Source of the DNA: an uncultured Acidobacteriota bacterium
GTDB taxonomy: Bacteria > Acidobacteriota > Thermoanaerobaculia > UBA5066 > DATFVB01
DNA: 64,000 nt
NCBI GenBank assembly: GCA_963813155.1
Contig: CAWEYG010000001.1
Coordinates: forward strand, 160,001 to 224,000
Direction of reading: 5' to 3'
The notes beneath the pieces are model-generated. The model saw only the letters and a program-made list of their open reading frames with translations, had not been told where the DNA came from and did no database searches. The first letter of the stretch is position 1. Each line of letters opens with the position of its first letter. Below are positions 23,718 through 33,566 of the stretch, one piece after another. Position numbers and translations under genes: made by a program.

Positions 23718-24827
23718 TCAGAGCTTGAGCTTGATCTCGGCCGCGGCGCCGAGGTCGCGCTTTCCCGTCGCGTAGACGGCCGAAACGCCGAGCGAGATGA
23801 AGTGACCCGAGAGCTGGAAGCCGCCCGTGTAGGCCCAGTGCGGGTCGACGGCTTCGAGGTCGCGGTAGGCCCCCACCCGAAGGAAGTAGATCTGCGCCCC
23901 CGCGGCGATGCGCCGGCTGGAGAGGCCGGGAACGAGCGTCTTCTGCTTGTTCAGGTCCGCGTCCGCGGAAATAACGACGCCGTCCCACGAGAGCGGGGCA
24001 AACGCCGCCCCGACCCGGATCGTCCGGGGAAGCACGGCGTCCGAGCCGTCGAACATCCCGAATTTCGGCTCGTTCAGGTTCATGCCGACGATGCCGAGCC
24101 GCAATTTCGGAATCGGCTGGTACAGGGCCCCGAGGTCGAAGGCGATCCGGTTCGTCTTGACTTCGTTCTGCCGAAGGGCGTTGCGCGAGAGAGTCGCCGG
24201 GTTTTCCGCCGCTTCTTGCAGCGAATCGGAGACGAAGTACGTCCGCCCTTGAATGTAGCGCACGACCCCCCCGACGGTCAGGCCGGAGAATGCCTTCGAA
24301 TACCCCATGCGCAGCTCACGGGTTTCCAGGCCCTTCAGCGTCACCCGGCTGTCGAGGGAAGGCACGATGGCCGCCCCGATGCCGATGAGGTCGATCGTCG
24401 GATAGACGCCCGTGTAGACGGTGCCGCCGATCCCGATGCCGAAGCCCTGGATCGCGTACGCGAGGCCGGCCGATCCCGACGCGATCGTGCCCGTGCCGGG
24501 CGTCTGGAAGCCCCTCAGGTCGTCTTCGAGCCGGGTCAGCTGGCTCGCCGAAAGGTGCGCCAGGTCCGCGTTCGCAAAATCGTCGCGAAGCGTGTTCGCA
24601 AACCGGTTCTCGTCGGTCGCGATCGCTCCTCCGAAAAGGACCGCGCACCCGAGGGTGCACTGGGCGATTCCCGCGGGATTGCCCCACAGGGCGGTCGCGT
24701 CGCTCCCGGCCGCGACGAACGTGCCCCCCATGCCGATCGACTTCGCTCCGGGAGAGGGAGTCTGCGCCCCGGCGGCCGCGGCGACGAGGAGAGGTCCGGC
24801 GAGGGAAAACCGTCGAAAGTATTTCAT
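23718..24827 (-). CDS. Outer-membrane beta-barrel, TraF_2/FadL/PorV-like
   Basis: Signal peptide; GAKSIGMGGTFVA...DATALWGNPAG; amphipathic strands, FDLGALY, IRVGAAF. Confidence 0.7.
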   Translation of the reverse strand: MKYFRRFSLAGPLLVAAAAGAQTPSPGAKSIGMGGTFVAAGSDATALWGNPAGIAQCTLGCAVLFGGAIATDENRFANTLRDDFANADLAHLSASQLTRLEDDLRGFQTPGTGTIASGSAGLAYAIQGFGIGIGGTVYTGVYPTIDLIGIGAAIVPSLDSRVTLKGLETRELRMGYSKAFSGLTVGGVVRYIQGRTYFVSDSLQEAAENPATLSRNALRQNEVKTNRIAFDLGALYQPIPKLRLGIVGMNLNEPKFGMFDGSDAVLPRTIRVGAAFAPLSWDGVVISADADLNKQKTLVPGLSSRRIAAGAQIYFLRVGAYRDLEAVDPHWAYTGGFQLSGHFISLGVSAVYATGKRDLGAAAEIKLKL

Positions 24828-24918
24828 CTGGCTGGCATTATCGCAGGAATCCGACCGAGCCATCGCAGGAATTTCCCGGCTCCGTTCGCGTTAGAATGAT
24901 CTCGGAGGACAAATCGAA

Positions 24919-25632
24919 ATGAACCCCTACGAAACCACTCCCGACAGCCGATTCCAGGCGGGCGCCCTGGGCGACGTCAGCCGGGTTTCCGCTTTCCTGC
25001 GCCGCGTGTACGGCTGGATGTTCGCCGGGCTCGCGCTGACGGGGCTCGTCGCCGCCGGGATGGCGAGCAACCCCGCCCTCGTCGTCGCCTTTGCGCAGAA
25101 CCGGATGCTTTTCTTCGGCCTCGTGATCGCGGAGCTCGGCCTCGTGGTCTACCTGAGCGCCCGCGTGCTCAAGATGTCGCCCGCCGCCGCGATCGCCTCG
25201 TTCACGGCCTACGCCGCGTTGAACGGCGTCCTCTTTTCGACGATCTTTCTCGCGTTCACGATGACCTCGGTCGCGACGACGTTCTTCATCACGGCCGGCA
25301 TGTTCGGCTCGCTCGCGCTCTTCGGCACGGTGACGAAAAAGAACCTGGCCGGCATCGGGTCCTTCGTTTCGATGGGCCTGATCGGCGTGATGCTCGCGAT
25401 GCTCGTCGGAATGTTCGTTCACTCCGACGGCCTCCAGTTCGGGATCTCGATCATCGGCGTGATCGTCTTCACGGGCCTGACGGCCTGGGACGCGCAGCGC
25501 TTGAAGTCGATGGCAGTCGCGACCGCGGAAGGACACGTCGAGAACCTCGCGATCGTGGGCGCGTTGAGGCTCTACCTCGACTTCGTCAACCTGTTCTTGT
25601 TCCTGCTCCGCTTCATGGGGAGGCGGCGCTAG
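24919..25632 (+). CDS. Bax inhibitor-1/YccA family membrane protein
   Basis: FLRRVYGWM, FTGLTAWDAQRLK, GALRLYLDFVNLFLFLL. Confidence 0.92.
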   Translation: MNPYETTPDSRFQAGALGDVSRVSAFLRRVYGWMFAGLALTGLVAAGMASNPALVVAFAQNRMLFFGLVIAELGLVVYLSARVLKMSPAAAIASFTAYAALNGVLFSTIFLAFTMTSVATTFFITAGMFGSLALFGTVTKKNLAGIGSFVSMGLIGVMLAMLVGMFVHSDGLQFGISIIGVIVFTGLTAWDAQRLKSMAVATAEGHVENLAIVGALRLYLDFVNLFLFLLRFMGRRR

Positions 25633-27135
25633 ATCGACGCCGGGGAGGCCCCGCCGCGGCGACGAACCGCGGCGGCCCTCGCGATCGCGCTTCTCTATCT
25701 CGGCCTGGCCTCCTTCAACCTTCTGTGGCCTAGCCCCCGGGGCCCAGCCGACAACGGCGACTTCGCCCGAGTCTTTGGCTACTTTTCCTCCGGGCCGGAA
25801 GGGCTCGCCACCTGGCCCTCGAAGTTCTCCGATCCGGAAGGCCACGAGCGTCGTTTCTTCGCCTACTATCACCGCTTCTGGCGGAGGGACGGGCGCGTCC
25901 CGGGACTCGCCCACTGGTCCTCGAGCTTGCTCGTCCCGCTGCCGGGGCTCGCCCTCTCTGTCGGCCAGGCCCGTTTCGACCTGGCCCTCAACGCGTTCTG
26001 CATCCTCGTCCTGCTCGCGGCCTGTCTCTTCTGGGCGTTGCGCGCGCTTTCCGGAACGGCGGTCTTCTGGGCGCTGGCGGTGTCGGCGCTTGTCCTGTGC
26101 GACTGCCGAATCGCCATTTACTTGAATTCCTTCTACCAGGAATCGGGAGCGTACGCAGGGCTGGTCCTTCTCGTCTGCGCCCTGCCTGCCTTCTGGGAAC
26201 AGCCCAGCGCATTGCGGCTCCTCGCCGTGGGAGGAGCCGCCGCGGCCATCGGCCTGGCCAAGATCGCCTACACGCCGGCCATCCTGCCGGCCATGATTCC
26301 CGTCGCGGCCGCTATCGCGACGAGAAGAGGCGAAGAGCCGGCGGTCCGGCGAAGAATCCTGGCTGTCTTCGCCATTCTCCTGGTCCTGTTCACGGCCTTC
26401 GCGATTTTCCCGAAGGACCTCTTTGTCCGCCAGAACACGTACCAATTCATTTTCTCGGGGGTGGTACCGCACCTACGCGCGGAAGAGCGCGGGCCCTTCC
26501 TGATCGCGATCGGGTTGGACGCCCGCGATGCGTCGCTCTCCGGCGACGACGCCTACACGGCCGGGAACAGGATCAACGAACCGGATCTTCGTCGCCTCCT
26601 GACGAGGCGGACCCAGCTGCGTGCGGCGCTCGAGCTGCTCCGTCACCATCCCACGTCCTTCCTTCGCTTGCTCCGCGATGGATTCTCGAAGGCGGGAATC
26701 TATCCAGCGTACGACCGGCCGTCCTACGAGAACCGGCGAGAGCCAGAGCCGCGCCGATGGTCGGCCTGGTCATCGCTTCGGGCTTCTCGGTTCTCGGGGA
26801 TCCCGCCCTACGTCGCGTCGGGAGTTCTCTGGCTGGGGCTCCTCGCGGCCGCACGCCGCGGCAACTGGCCGGATGAAGCTCGTTTCTTCCTCCTGGCTTC
26901 AGGCGGCTTTCTGATCGCTTCGACCCTGGCGGTCTCGGTATCGATCCTCGGCAACGGCCCCGCCGATGTCTACAAACACAGCTATCTCGGAAACCTGTTG
27001 TTGGACGCGGCGATCGTCTGGATTATCGCGGGGCTGGCCGCAGCCGCTTCGCCCGCTCCGAAGAGCACCTCAACCAATTCCGCTCGCGGCATCCCGGTCC
27101 AGCATCCAGGTCACCTTCCGGGCGCGAACGCGTGA
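25633..27135 (+). CDS. Polytopic membrane protein, WsfD-like GT-C glycosyltransferase candidate; no canonical start
   Basis: Frame open from 25633 (ATC) with TM then PADNGDFARV, YLNSFYQE, GLAK, YKH; first canonical start only at 25927. Confidence 0.55.
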   Translation: MDAGEAPPRRRTAAALAIALLYLGLASFNLLWPSPRGPADNGDFARVFGYFSSGPEGLATWPSKFSDPEGHERRFFAYYHRFWRRDGRVPGLAHWSSSLLVPLPGLALSVGQARFDLALNAFCILVLLAACLFWALRALSGTAVFWALAVSALVLCDCRIAIYLNSFYQESGAYAGLVLLVCALPAFWEQPSALRLLAVGGAAAAIGLAKIAYTPAILPAMIPVAAAIATRRGEEPAVRRRILAVFAILLVLFTAFAIFPKDLFVRQNTYQFIFSGVVPHLRAEERGPFLIAIGLDARDASLSGDDAYTAGNRINEPDLRRLLTRRTQLRAALELLRHHPTSFLRLLRDGFSKAGIYPAYDRPSYENRREPEPRRWSAWSSLRASRFSGIPPYVASGVLWLGLLAAARRGNWPDEARFFLLASGGFLIASTLAVSVSILGNGPADVYKHSYLGNLLLDAAIVWIIAGLAAAASPAPKSTSTNSARGIPVQHPGHLPGANA

Positions 27136-27792
27136 CGCCGGCAGGTCTCCTTCCCCGGCAAGAGCTTTCTTGACGGCATCCGCCTTTGCGGCCCCTTCCG
27201 CGAGGAACACGCACTGGCGGGCCGCGTCGAGCACGGGAAACGTCATCGTGAGGCGCCAGGCGTTCAGGCCAGGCACGAAGTTCGCCGCGACGGGCCGGCG
27301 CGTTTCCCGGAGCGCGAGGCTGCCCGGAAAGAGCGAAGCCGTGTGGCCGTCCGCGCCAAGCCCGAGAAAGACCCAGTCGAATTCCGGGATCGCCGCCCCG
27401 AAACGAAGCCCAAGCCGGTTTTCGTAGGCATCCGCGGCTTCCGCCGCCGGCCGGTACGTCTCCCAGGGATGCACGTTTTCGGGAAGGATCGGAACACGAG
27501 TGAGCAGGCATTCTTTCGCCATCCGGAAGTTGCTCTCGGAATCGTCCAGCGAAACGCACCGCTCGTCGGCCCAGAAGATGTCGACTTTCGTCCAGTCCAG
27601 TCCGCCTCCCGCGCCCGCAATTTCTTCGTAGGCCGCCTTCGGAGTGGAACCTCCCGAGAGAGCCGCCGAAAACCGGCCCCGGCCCGCGATTGCCTCTCCG
27701 GCAGCGCGAAGAAAATCGGCCGCAGCCGCCGCCGCGAGAAGGGCCGGCGTGTCGAAGACTCGGACCTCCCGGTCCGCTACAGCTTTCTCCAA
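27070..27792 (-). CDS. pgl: 6-phosphogluconolactonase
   Basis: ALSGGSTP, FWADERCV, SNFRM, LGLGADGHTASLFP, RLTMTFP. Confidence 0.93.
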   Translation of the reverse strand: MEKAVADREVRVFDTPALLAAAAAADFLRAAGEAIAGRGRFSAALSGGSTPKAAYEEIAGAGGGLDWTKVDIFWADERCVSLDDSESNFRMAKECLLTRVPILPENVHPWETYRPAAEAADAYENRLGLRFGAAIPEFDWVFLGLGADGHTASLFPGSLALRETRRPVAANFVPGLNAWRLTMTFPVLDAARQCVFLAEGAAKADAVKKALAGEGDLPASRVRARKVTWMLDRDAASGIG

Positions 27793-29360
27793 CGGCGGCC
27801 GTCCCTCTCGATGAACGTCTCGGCGCATTCCGGGCCCATCGTTCCGGCGGGATAGTTCGGAAATCCCGTCGCCCGAGTTTTCGCCCAGTTCTCGAGGATC
27901 GGCGTCACGACGCGCCACGCCTCCTCGACTTCGTCTCCGCGGGTGAACAGGGTCGCGTCGCCGTGCATCACGTCGAGAAGCAGCCGCTCGTAGCCGCCGT
28001 GCTGCGCCACCCCGAGCTGCGAGTAGGGAAAATCCATCACTTCCGGCGTCACGCGCATTCCGGCGCCGGGAATCTTCGCCAGAAACTTCAGCGAAATCCC
28101 TTCGTCCGGCTGGATCTTCAGGCGCAGCACGTTTTTCTCGAGCCGGTCCGCGGTCGGCTCTTTGAAGAACATGTACATGTGCGGGACCTCGCGAAATTCG
28201 ATCGCGATCTCCGTCGTCCGTTTCGCGAGCCGCTTGCCCGAGCGCAGGTAGAAGGGCACCCCCGCCCAGCGCCAATTGTCGATCAGGAACTTGACGGCCG
28301 CGAACGTCGGCGTGGAAGATCTCCGGGAGACTTTCTCCTCATGGCGGTAACCGGGGACCTCTTCGCCGTCGACGACGCCGGGGCCGTACTGTCCCCGGAC
28401 CGCCCAGGGCTCCATGTCGGCCGACGGAATCGCGCGAATCGCCTTCAGGACCTTCACCTTCTCTCCGCGGACGGATTCCGCGTCCATCCGAACGGGAGCT
28501 TCCATCGCGGTCATGCAAAGCAGCTGCAGGAGGTGGTTCTGGAACATGTCCCGGATGATGCCCGCCGTCTCGTAGTATCCGGCGCGGTGCCCGACGCCGA
28601 TCGATTCCGCGACGGCGATCTGGACGTTGTCGACGTACCGGCGGTTCCAGAGGGGCTCGAAGACGCCGTTCGCAAATCTCAGAACGAGGATGTTCTGGAC
28701 CGTCTCCTTGCCGAGGTAATGGTCGATGCGAAAGATCTGCTCCTCGCGAAAAACCTTCAGGATTTCCGCGTTGAGAGCGCGGGCCGACTCCAGATCGTGG
28801 CCGAACGGCTTCTCGACGACGACGCGGGAAAAGGACCCTCCGGTCTCGGCGGCGAGGCCGGCTTCGCCGAGTTGCCGCACGATCATCGGGTCCGCCTCCG
28901 GAGGCGTGGCGAGATAGAACACGTGGTTTTCCCTCTCGCCGCCGAAGCTCTTTCGCTGGCGGGACAGCACCTTCTTCAGGTTCCGGAACGTCTCCACATC
29001 GTCGAACTCTCCCGTGACGTAGAAAAGCTTCGAAGAGAGATCGGCAGGGAGCTCGCTCTCCGGAGCGAATTTCTCCACGGCCTCCCGCATCGACGATCGA
29101 AACTTTTCGTCGGTCATCGGGGTTCGCGAGACTCCGACGACGAAGAACTCCTCGGGGAGAGCCCGCTCGAGCGTGAGCTTCGAAAGCGCCGGCATCAGCA
29201 TGCGAGCCGTCAGATCTCCGGATGCGCCGAAAATGACCATCGCGCAGGGTTCCGGCGGATGAACGGGGACGAGGACTCCGGCTTTCGGGGCGGGGGAAGC
29301 GGCTTTTCCGGCGCCGGCAGCTCGCTTCGCGCGTTTCGCCCGCGGCTTCTTCGCGGTCAT
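27777..29360 (-). CDS. zwf: Glucose-6-phosphate dehydrogenase
   Basis: IFGASGDL, VVEKPFGHD, FRIDHYLGKETVQN, DMFQNHLLQ, RWAGVPFYLRSGK. Confidence 0.97.
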   Translation of the reverse strand: MTAKKPRAKRAKRAAGAGKAASPAPKAGVLVPVHPPEPCAMVIFGASGDLTARMLMPALSKLTLERALPEEFFVVGVSRTPMTDEKFRSSMREAVEKFAPESELPADLSSKLFYVTGEFDDVETFRNLKKVLSRQRKSFGGERENHVFYLATPPEADPMIVRQLGEAGLAAETGGSFSRVVVEKPFGHDLESARALNAEILKVFREEQIFRIDHYLGKETVQNILVLRFANGVFEPLWNRRYVDNVQIAVAESIGVGHRAGYYETAGIIRDMFQNHLLQLLCMTAMEAPVRMDAESVRGEKVKVLKAIRAIPSADMEPWAVRGQYGPGVVDGEEVPGYRHEEKVSRRSSTPTFAAVKFLIDNWRWAGVPFYLRSGKRLAKRTTEIAIEFREVPHMYMFFKEPTADRLEKNVLRLKIQPDEGISLKFLAKIPGAGMRVTPEVMDFPYSQLGVAQHGGYERLLLDVMHGDATLFTRGDEVEEAWRVVTPILENWAKTRATGFPNYPAGTMGPECAETFIERDGRRWRKL

Positions 29361-30253
29361 TTCGGCTTGACGTCGTGGCCGCCGAACTCGTTGCGCAGGG
29401 CGGCAATCGCGCGGGCGGAAAACGAGTCGTCCTGGCGGGACCGGAATCGGGCAAAGAGCGCATCGGCGAGAGCGGGCGCGGGGACCGCGCGATCGATCGC
29501 TTCCTGGAGCGTCCAGCGGCCTTCTCCGGAATCGGCGACCCATCCGCGGATCTTCTCGAGTCCGGGATCTTTTTTCAGCGCGTCCACCATCAGCTCCAGG
29601 AGCCACGACCGCACGACCGAAGCGTGCGTCCAGAGCTCCGCGATTTGGCCGAGATCGAGCCCGAAATCGGATGCATGGAGGATCTCGAATCCCTCGCCGA
29701 TCCCCTGCAGCATCGAATACTCGATCGCGTTGTGCACCATCTTCGTGTAGTGCCCGGCCCCCGAAGCGCCCACGCGCGCGTAGCCGTTTTCGGGCGCGAG
29801 CGAGAGAAACGCCGGCTCGACCGTCCGGCACGCCCCCTCGTCGCCGCCCACCATCAGGCAGTAGCCGTTCTCGAGGCCCCACACGCCGCCCGACGTGCCC
29901 GCGTCGATCAGGAAGATCCCCGAGCCCGCGAGCTCGCCCGCCCGGCGCACGGAATCCTTGTAGTGCGAATTGCCCCCGTCGACAACGATGTCGCCGCTTT
30001 TCAGCGCGGGCCGGAGCGCCGAGATCGTCTCGTCGACCGGCGCGCCCTCGGGAATCATGAGCCAGACGACCCTCGGAGATTCCAGCCGGGCGGCCAGTTC
30101 CGCCGCCGACGGCGCAAACTCCGCGCCGGCCCCTCGCGCGATCGATTCCGACTCCGGGCCCCTCGAAAACGCGACGACCGAATGGCCGCCGCGAACGAGG
30201 CGCCGCGTCATGTTCGCGCCCATCTTCCCGAGACCGATCATTCCGAGTTTCAT
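29357..30253 (-). CDS. gnd: 6-phosphogluconate dehydrogenase (short form)
   Basis: GMIGLGKMG, DGGNSHY, DAGTSGG, KMVHNAIEY, DSGEGRWT, RNEFGGH. Confidence 0.95.
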   Translation of the reverse strand: MKLGMIGLGKMGANMTRRLVRGGHSVVAFSRGPESESIARGAGAEFAPSAAELAARLESPRVVWLMIPEGAPVDETISALRPALKSGDIVVDGGNSHYKDSVRRAGELAGSGIFLIDAGTSGGVWGLENGYCLMVGGDEGACRTVEPAFLSLAPENGYARVGASGAGHYTKMVHNAIEYSMLQGIGEGFEILHASDFGLDLGQIAELWTHASVVRSWLLELMVDALKKDPGLEKIRGWVADSGEGRWTLQEAIDRAVPAPALADALFARFRSRQDDSFSARAIAALRNEFGGHDVKPK

Positions 30254-31935
30254 TTCGACTCCTCGCAAGCTTCGGAAACGCGGCGCGCGAGCTCGCGCAG
30301 CCCCTCCGCCGACGGGCCCGAACAGCGGACCTTCAGGAACCGGCGCTTCCGGGAAAGCAGCGCGCGGGCGTCGCCGATCGCCTGCGCCTCGAGAAACGCG
30401 GCGAATCCGTAGGCCGCCGCCGGTATCGCGACGTCGCCTTCGCCGGGCGCGACGAACTGGAGGAACAATCCCTCGTCCGGGCCCCCCTTGTGGAGCTGAC
30501 CGGTCGAGTGAAGAAAACGCGGGCCGAACCCCACGGTCGTCGCGCAGGAGGTCGAATCGCGCAGCTTCGCGCGAAGGCCCTCCACGATCGCCTCGTTCTC
30601 GCCGTCGCGTTCCGCGTAGATCTGAAGTGACAGGTAATCCTTTCCCGGTCGGGCCGACCGAAGGAAATCGCGCAGGCTCGGACCGGAGAGTTCAAACCAG
30701 CCTTCCAGCCGACCGGCCTCTCCCTCCGGGAGCCGGCCGCTCCGTTCGAACTCTTCCAGCACCGCGGCGGTGTTGTCCTTCGATTCCTGAACGTTGGGCT
30801 GATCGAACGCGTCGATTCCGAGAAGCGACCCGGCGACCGCGACGGCGAATTCCCAGACGAACATCCGGGCGGCAAGATCGTAGCGGTCGTTCGACGAAAA
30901 GGCGGCAACCGGGTGGCCGGCCGCGGCGAGCGCATCCAGCCTCGACTCCGCCGAGCCGTCCGAATCGCCGCGCAGGCGTTCGTAAACGAAGAACCGGTCG
31001 TTTCCGTAGACCTCCGGTCCGCCGAGCGGCTCCCCTTCCACCGGAACGACGCCGCGCCCTTCCTTCCCCGTCGATTCCGCGACAAGCTGCTCGAGCCAGG
31101 TCCCGAACGTCGCGAGCGCCGGGGAACAGACGATCGTGAGCTTGTCCCTGCCGATCCGGGCGAGCGCGCCGAGCGCGGCGCCGAGCTCGAGGCCGGGATT
31201 GTTCCGCTGCTCCCGGCACGCCGCCATTGCGCCGCGCGCGCGGGACAGCAGTTTCGAAATGTCCGCTCCGCAGAGCGCGGCCGGGACGAGACCGAAACAC
31301 GAGAGCGCGGAATAACGTCCCCCGATGTCGGGGAAGTTCCGAAAGACTTTCGAAAACCGCTCCTCGGACGCGAGAACGTCCAGCGGCGAACCGGGATCGG
31401 TGATCGCCACGAACCGCTTCGCCGCGGCGGCTGCCGATCCCGTGGCGGCCTCCGCTTCCGCGCGAAAGTACCGCTCGTGCGTCCGCGTCTCTAGCGTAGA
31501 ACCGGATTTCGAGGCGATGAGGAAGACCGTTCGGGCGGGATCGATCCGGGCGCGCACGGACCGGACCTGCTCGGGCGAAGTCGAATCGAGGACGATCAGC
31601 CGCGGGCGATCGGTCCGCTGAAACGTGCTTGCGAACACTTCCGGAGCGAGGGAAGAGCCGCCCATGCCGCACAGCACGGCATTCGGTACATCCGCCACCT
31701 GGCGGCACCACGAATCGATCTCCCCGATCCTCGCCTGCATCCCGTCGGCCACGTCGAGCCACCCGAGCGCGTTTTCGATGATCTTTCGGTGCTCCGCGGA
31801 CGATTTCCAGACGGTGGGGTCTCTCCGCCAGATTCGCGCCGCGGTCTGGCGCGCCCGAAGCTCCGCGAGCGAGTTTTCCCACGCCGCGCCTCCCGCCGCG
31901 AGCCGGAAAAATCGGTCCGGCGGGGGGCGTCTCAC
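30250..31935 (-). CDS. pgi: Glucose-6-phosphate isomerase (type usually fused to transaldolase)
   Basis: GMGGSSL, ASKSGSTLE, AITDPGS, IGGRYSALS, EQLVAESTGK, FDQPNVQESK, HSTGQLHKGG. Confidence 0.88.
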   Translation of the reverse strand: MRRPPPDRFFRLAAGGAAWENSLAELRARQTAARIWRRDPTVWKSSAEHRKIIENALGWLDVADGMQARIGEIDSWCRQVADVPNAVLCGMGGSSLAPEVFASTFQRTDRPRLIVLDSTSPEQVRSVRARIDPARTVFLIASKSGSTLETRTHERYFRAEAEAATGSAAAAAKRFVAITDPGSPLDVLASEERFSKVFRNFPDIGGRYSALSCFGLVPAALCGADISKLLSRARGAMAACREQRNNPGLELGAALGALARIGRDKLTIVCSPALATFGTWLEQLVAESTGKEGRGVVPVEGEPLGGPEVYGNDRFFVYERLRGDSDGSAESRLDALAAAGHPVAAFSSNDRYDLAARMFVWEFAVAVAGSLLGIDAFDQPNVQESKDNTAAVLEEFERSGRLPEGEAGRLEGWFELSGPSLRDFLRSARPGKDYLSLQIYAERDGENEAIVEGLRAKLRDSTSCATTVGFGPRFLHSTGQLHKGGPDEGLFLQFVAPGEGDVAIPAAAYGFAAFLEAQAIGDARALLSRKRRFLKVRCSGPSAEGLRELARRVSEACEESK

Positions 31936-33084
31936 GCGCGCGCGGCCACGCCCGGGAGCTGCCGGCGCTTGCTTTCGAGGCCGGCGAGGAGCTCCGCGTA
32001 CGCTTCCATGAATTTCTGCACGCCCTCGGTTTCCGCGAAATTGTCCGTGATGTCGCGGTAGTCAATGCCGAAGTCCGCGAGCGAATCGATCTGGCGGTGC
32101 GCCTCCTCGACGTCGCGCGTCAACGTCGCCTCCGGGCGGCCGTGGTCGAGGTAGGCCTCCATCGTCTTGATCGGCATCGTGTTGACGGTGGGGCCCCCGA
32201 TCAGTTCCTGGACATAGAGAATGTCGGAATAGGCCTTGTTCTTCGTCGAAGTCGACGCCCAGAGGCAGCGCTGCACGCGCGCGCCGCGATCGGCGAGCTT
32301 TTCCCAGCGCGGGCCGGAAAAAACGCGCAGGTACGTCTCGAAGGCGAGCTTCGCGTTCGCGACGGCGATTTTTCCCCGGAGCCCCTCCAGGCGCGCCCGC
32401 GCGCCGGCGTCGTCGATCTCCGCGAGCTTCTTTTCGATTCTCCGGTCCGTCTCCGTGTCGATCCGCGACACGAAAAACGAGGCGACGGAATGAACGCCGT
32501 GCAGGTCTCCCCCGCGAGCGGCGAGCTCCTCGAGGCCCGAGAGATAGGCTTCCGCGACTTCCGCAGTACCGGCCGACGGAAAAGATCAGCGTGATGTTGA
32601 TCGACTTCCCGGCCGCGATCATCCGGCGGATCGCCGGAATTCCCGCCGGCGTCCCGGGGATCTTCACCATCAGGTTCGGCCGCGCGATGTCCCGGTGGTA
32701 CCGGGTCGCTTCGCGGACCGTTCCCTCCGTGTCGGACGCGAGGTCCGGCGCGACCTCGATCGAGACGAAGCCGTCTTCGCCCTTCGTCTTCCGGTAGATC
32801 GGAAGAAACACGTCGCACGCCTCGCGGATGTCCTGCGTCGCGAGGGCGTCGAAGATTTCCTCCTTCGTCTTCCCCGCCGCCGCCAGCTTCTCGATGTCGG
32901 CGTCGTAGGCGTTGCCCTCGGCGAGCGCCTTCTGGAAGATCGACGGGTTCGACGTGACGCCGACGACCGCCTTGTCCTCGGTGAGCTTCTGCAACTCGCC
33001 TCCGCGAATCATGGCGCGGGACAACTCGTCGCACCAGACGGAGACGCCGAAGTCCTTGAGCTGGAACAGAGAATTGCGGCTCAT
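31932..33084 (-). CDS. tal: Transaldolase (long type); apparent frameshift ~32565
   Basis: [36 protein letters not shown], then [20 protein letters not shown]. Confidence 0.92.
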
Positions 33085-33566
33085 TCCTTCACCTCCGGAA
33101 AATCGAAACTTCCCGTTCGCGCGTCGATCTCGATCTGCTTCACCTTCTCGAGCCGGCGGCGGTGGCGTTCGGCCCCCGAGAACCGCGCCGACAGGAACGC
33201 CGCGACGACCTCCCTCGCGAGCGCGACCCCGACGACTCTCTCGCCGAGCGTGATGACGTTCGCGTCGTCGTCTTCGACGCCCTGGCGGGCGGAAAACGTG
33301 TCGTGGCACATCGCGCCGCGGACGCCGGGCACCTTGTTCACGGCGACCGACGCGCCGACTCCCGAGCCGCACACGACGATTCCCCGGTCCGCCATCCCCC
33401 GCGCGATCGCGACGGCGACGGCGCGGGCGGAATCGGGATAGTCGTCCGCCGGATCGAGCTCGAGATTGCCGAGGTCGGACACCTTGTGGCCCAGCTGTTC
33501 GACGAACGGCATCAACTCCCTTTTCAACGCGAAGCCCGCATGGTCGCTGCCGAATGCGACTTTCAT
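33081..33566 (-). CDS. rpiB: Ribose-5-phosphate isomerase B
   Basis: [39 protein letters not shown]. Confidence 0.95.
   Translation of the reverse strand: MKVAFGSDHAGFALKRELMPFVEQLGHKVSDLGNLELDPADDYPDSARAVAVAIARGMADRGIVVCGSGVGASVAVNKVPGVRGAMCHDTFSARQGVEDDDANVITLGERVVGVALAREVVAAFLSARFSGAERHRRRLEKVKQIEIDARTGSFDFPEVKE

Noticed and set aside
23718-24827. Conjugative element suggested by the TraF-like barrel
   Set aside because: No other tra/T4SS genes, relaxase, integrase or compositional shift
24835-24860. GG-N10-GC upstream of the barrel gene
   Set aside because: Poor match (CGGTC...CTGC); TGcGATAAT leaderless -10 fits equally well
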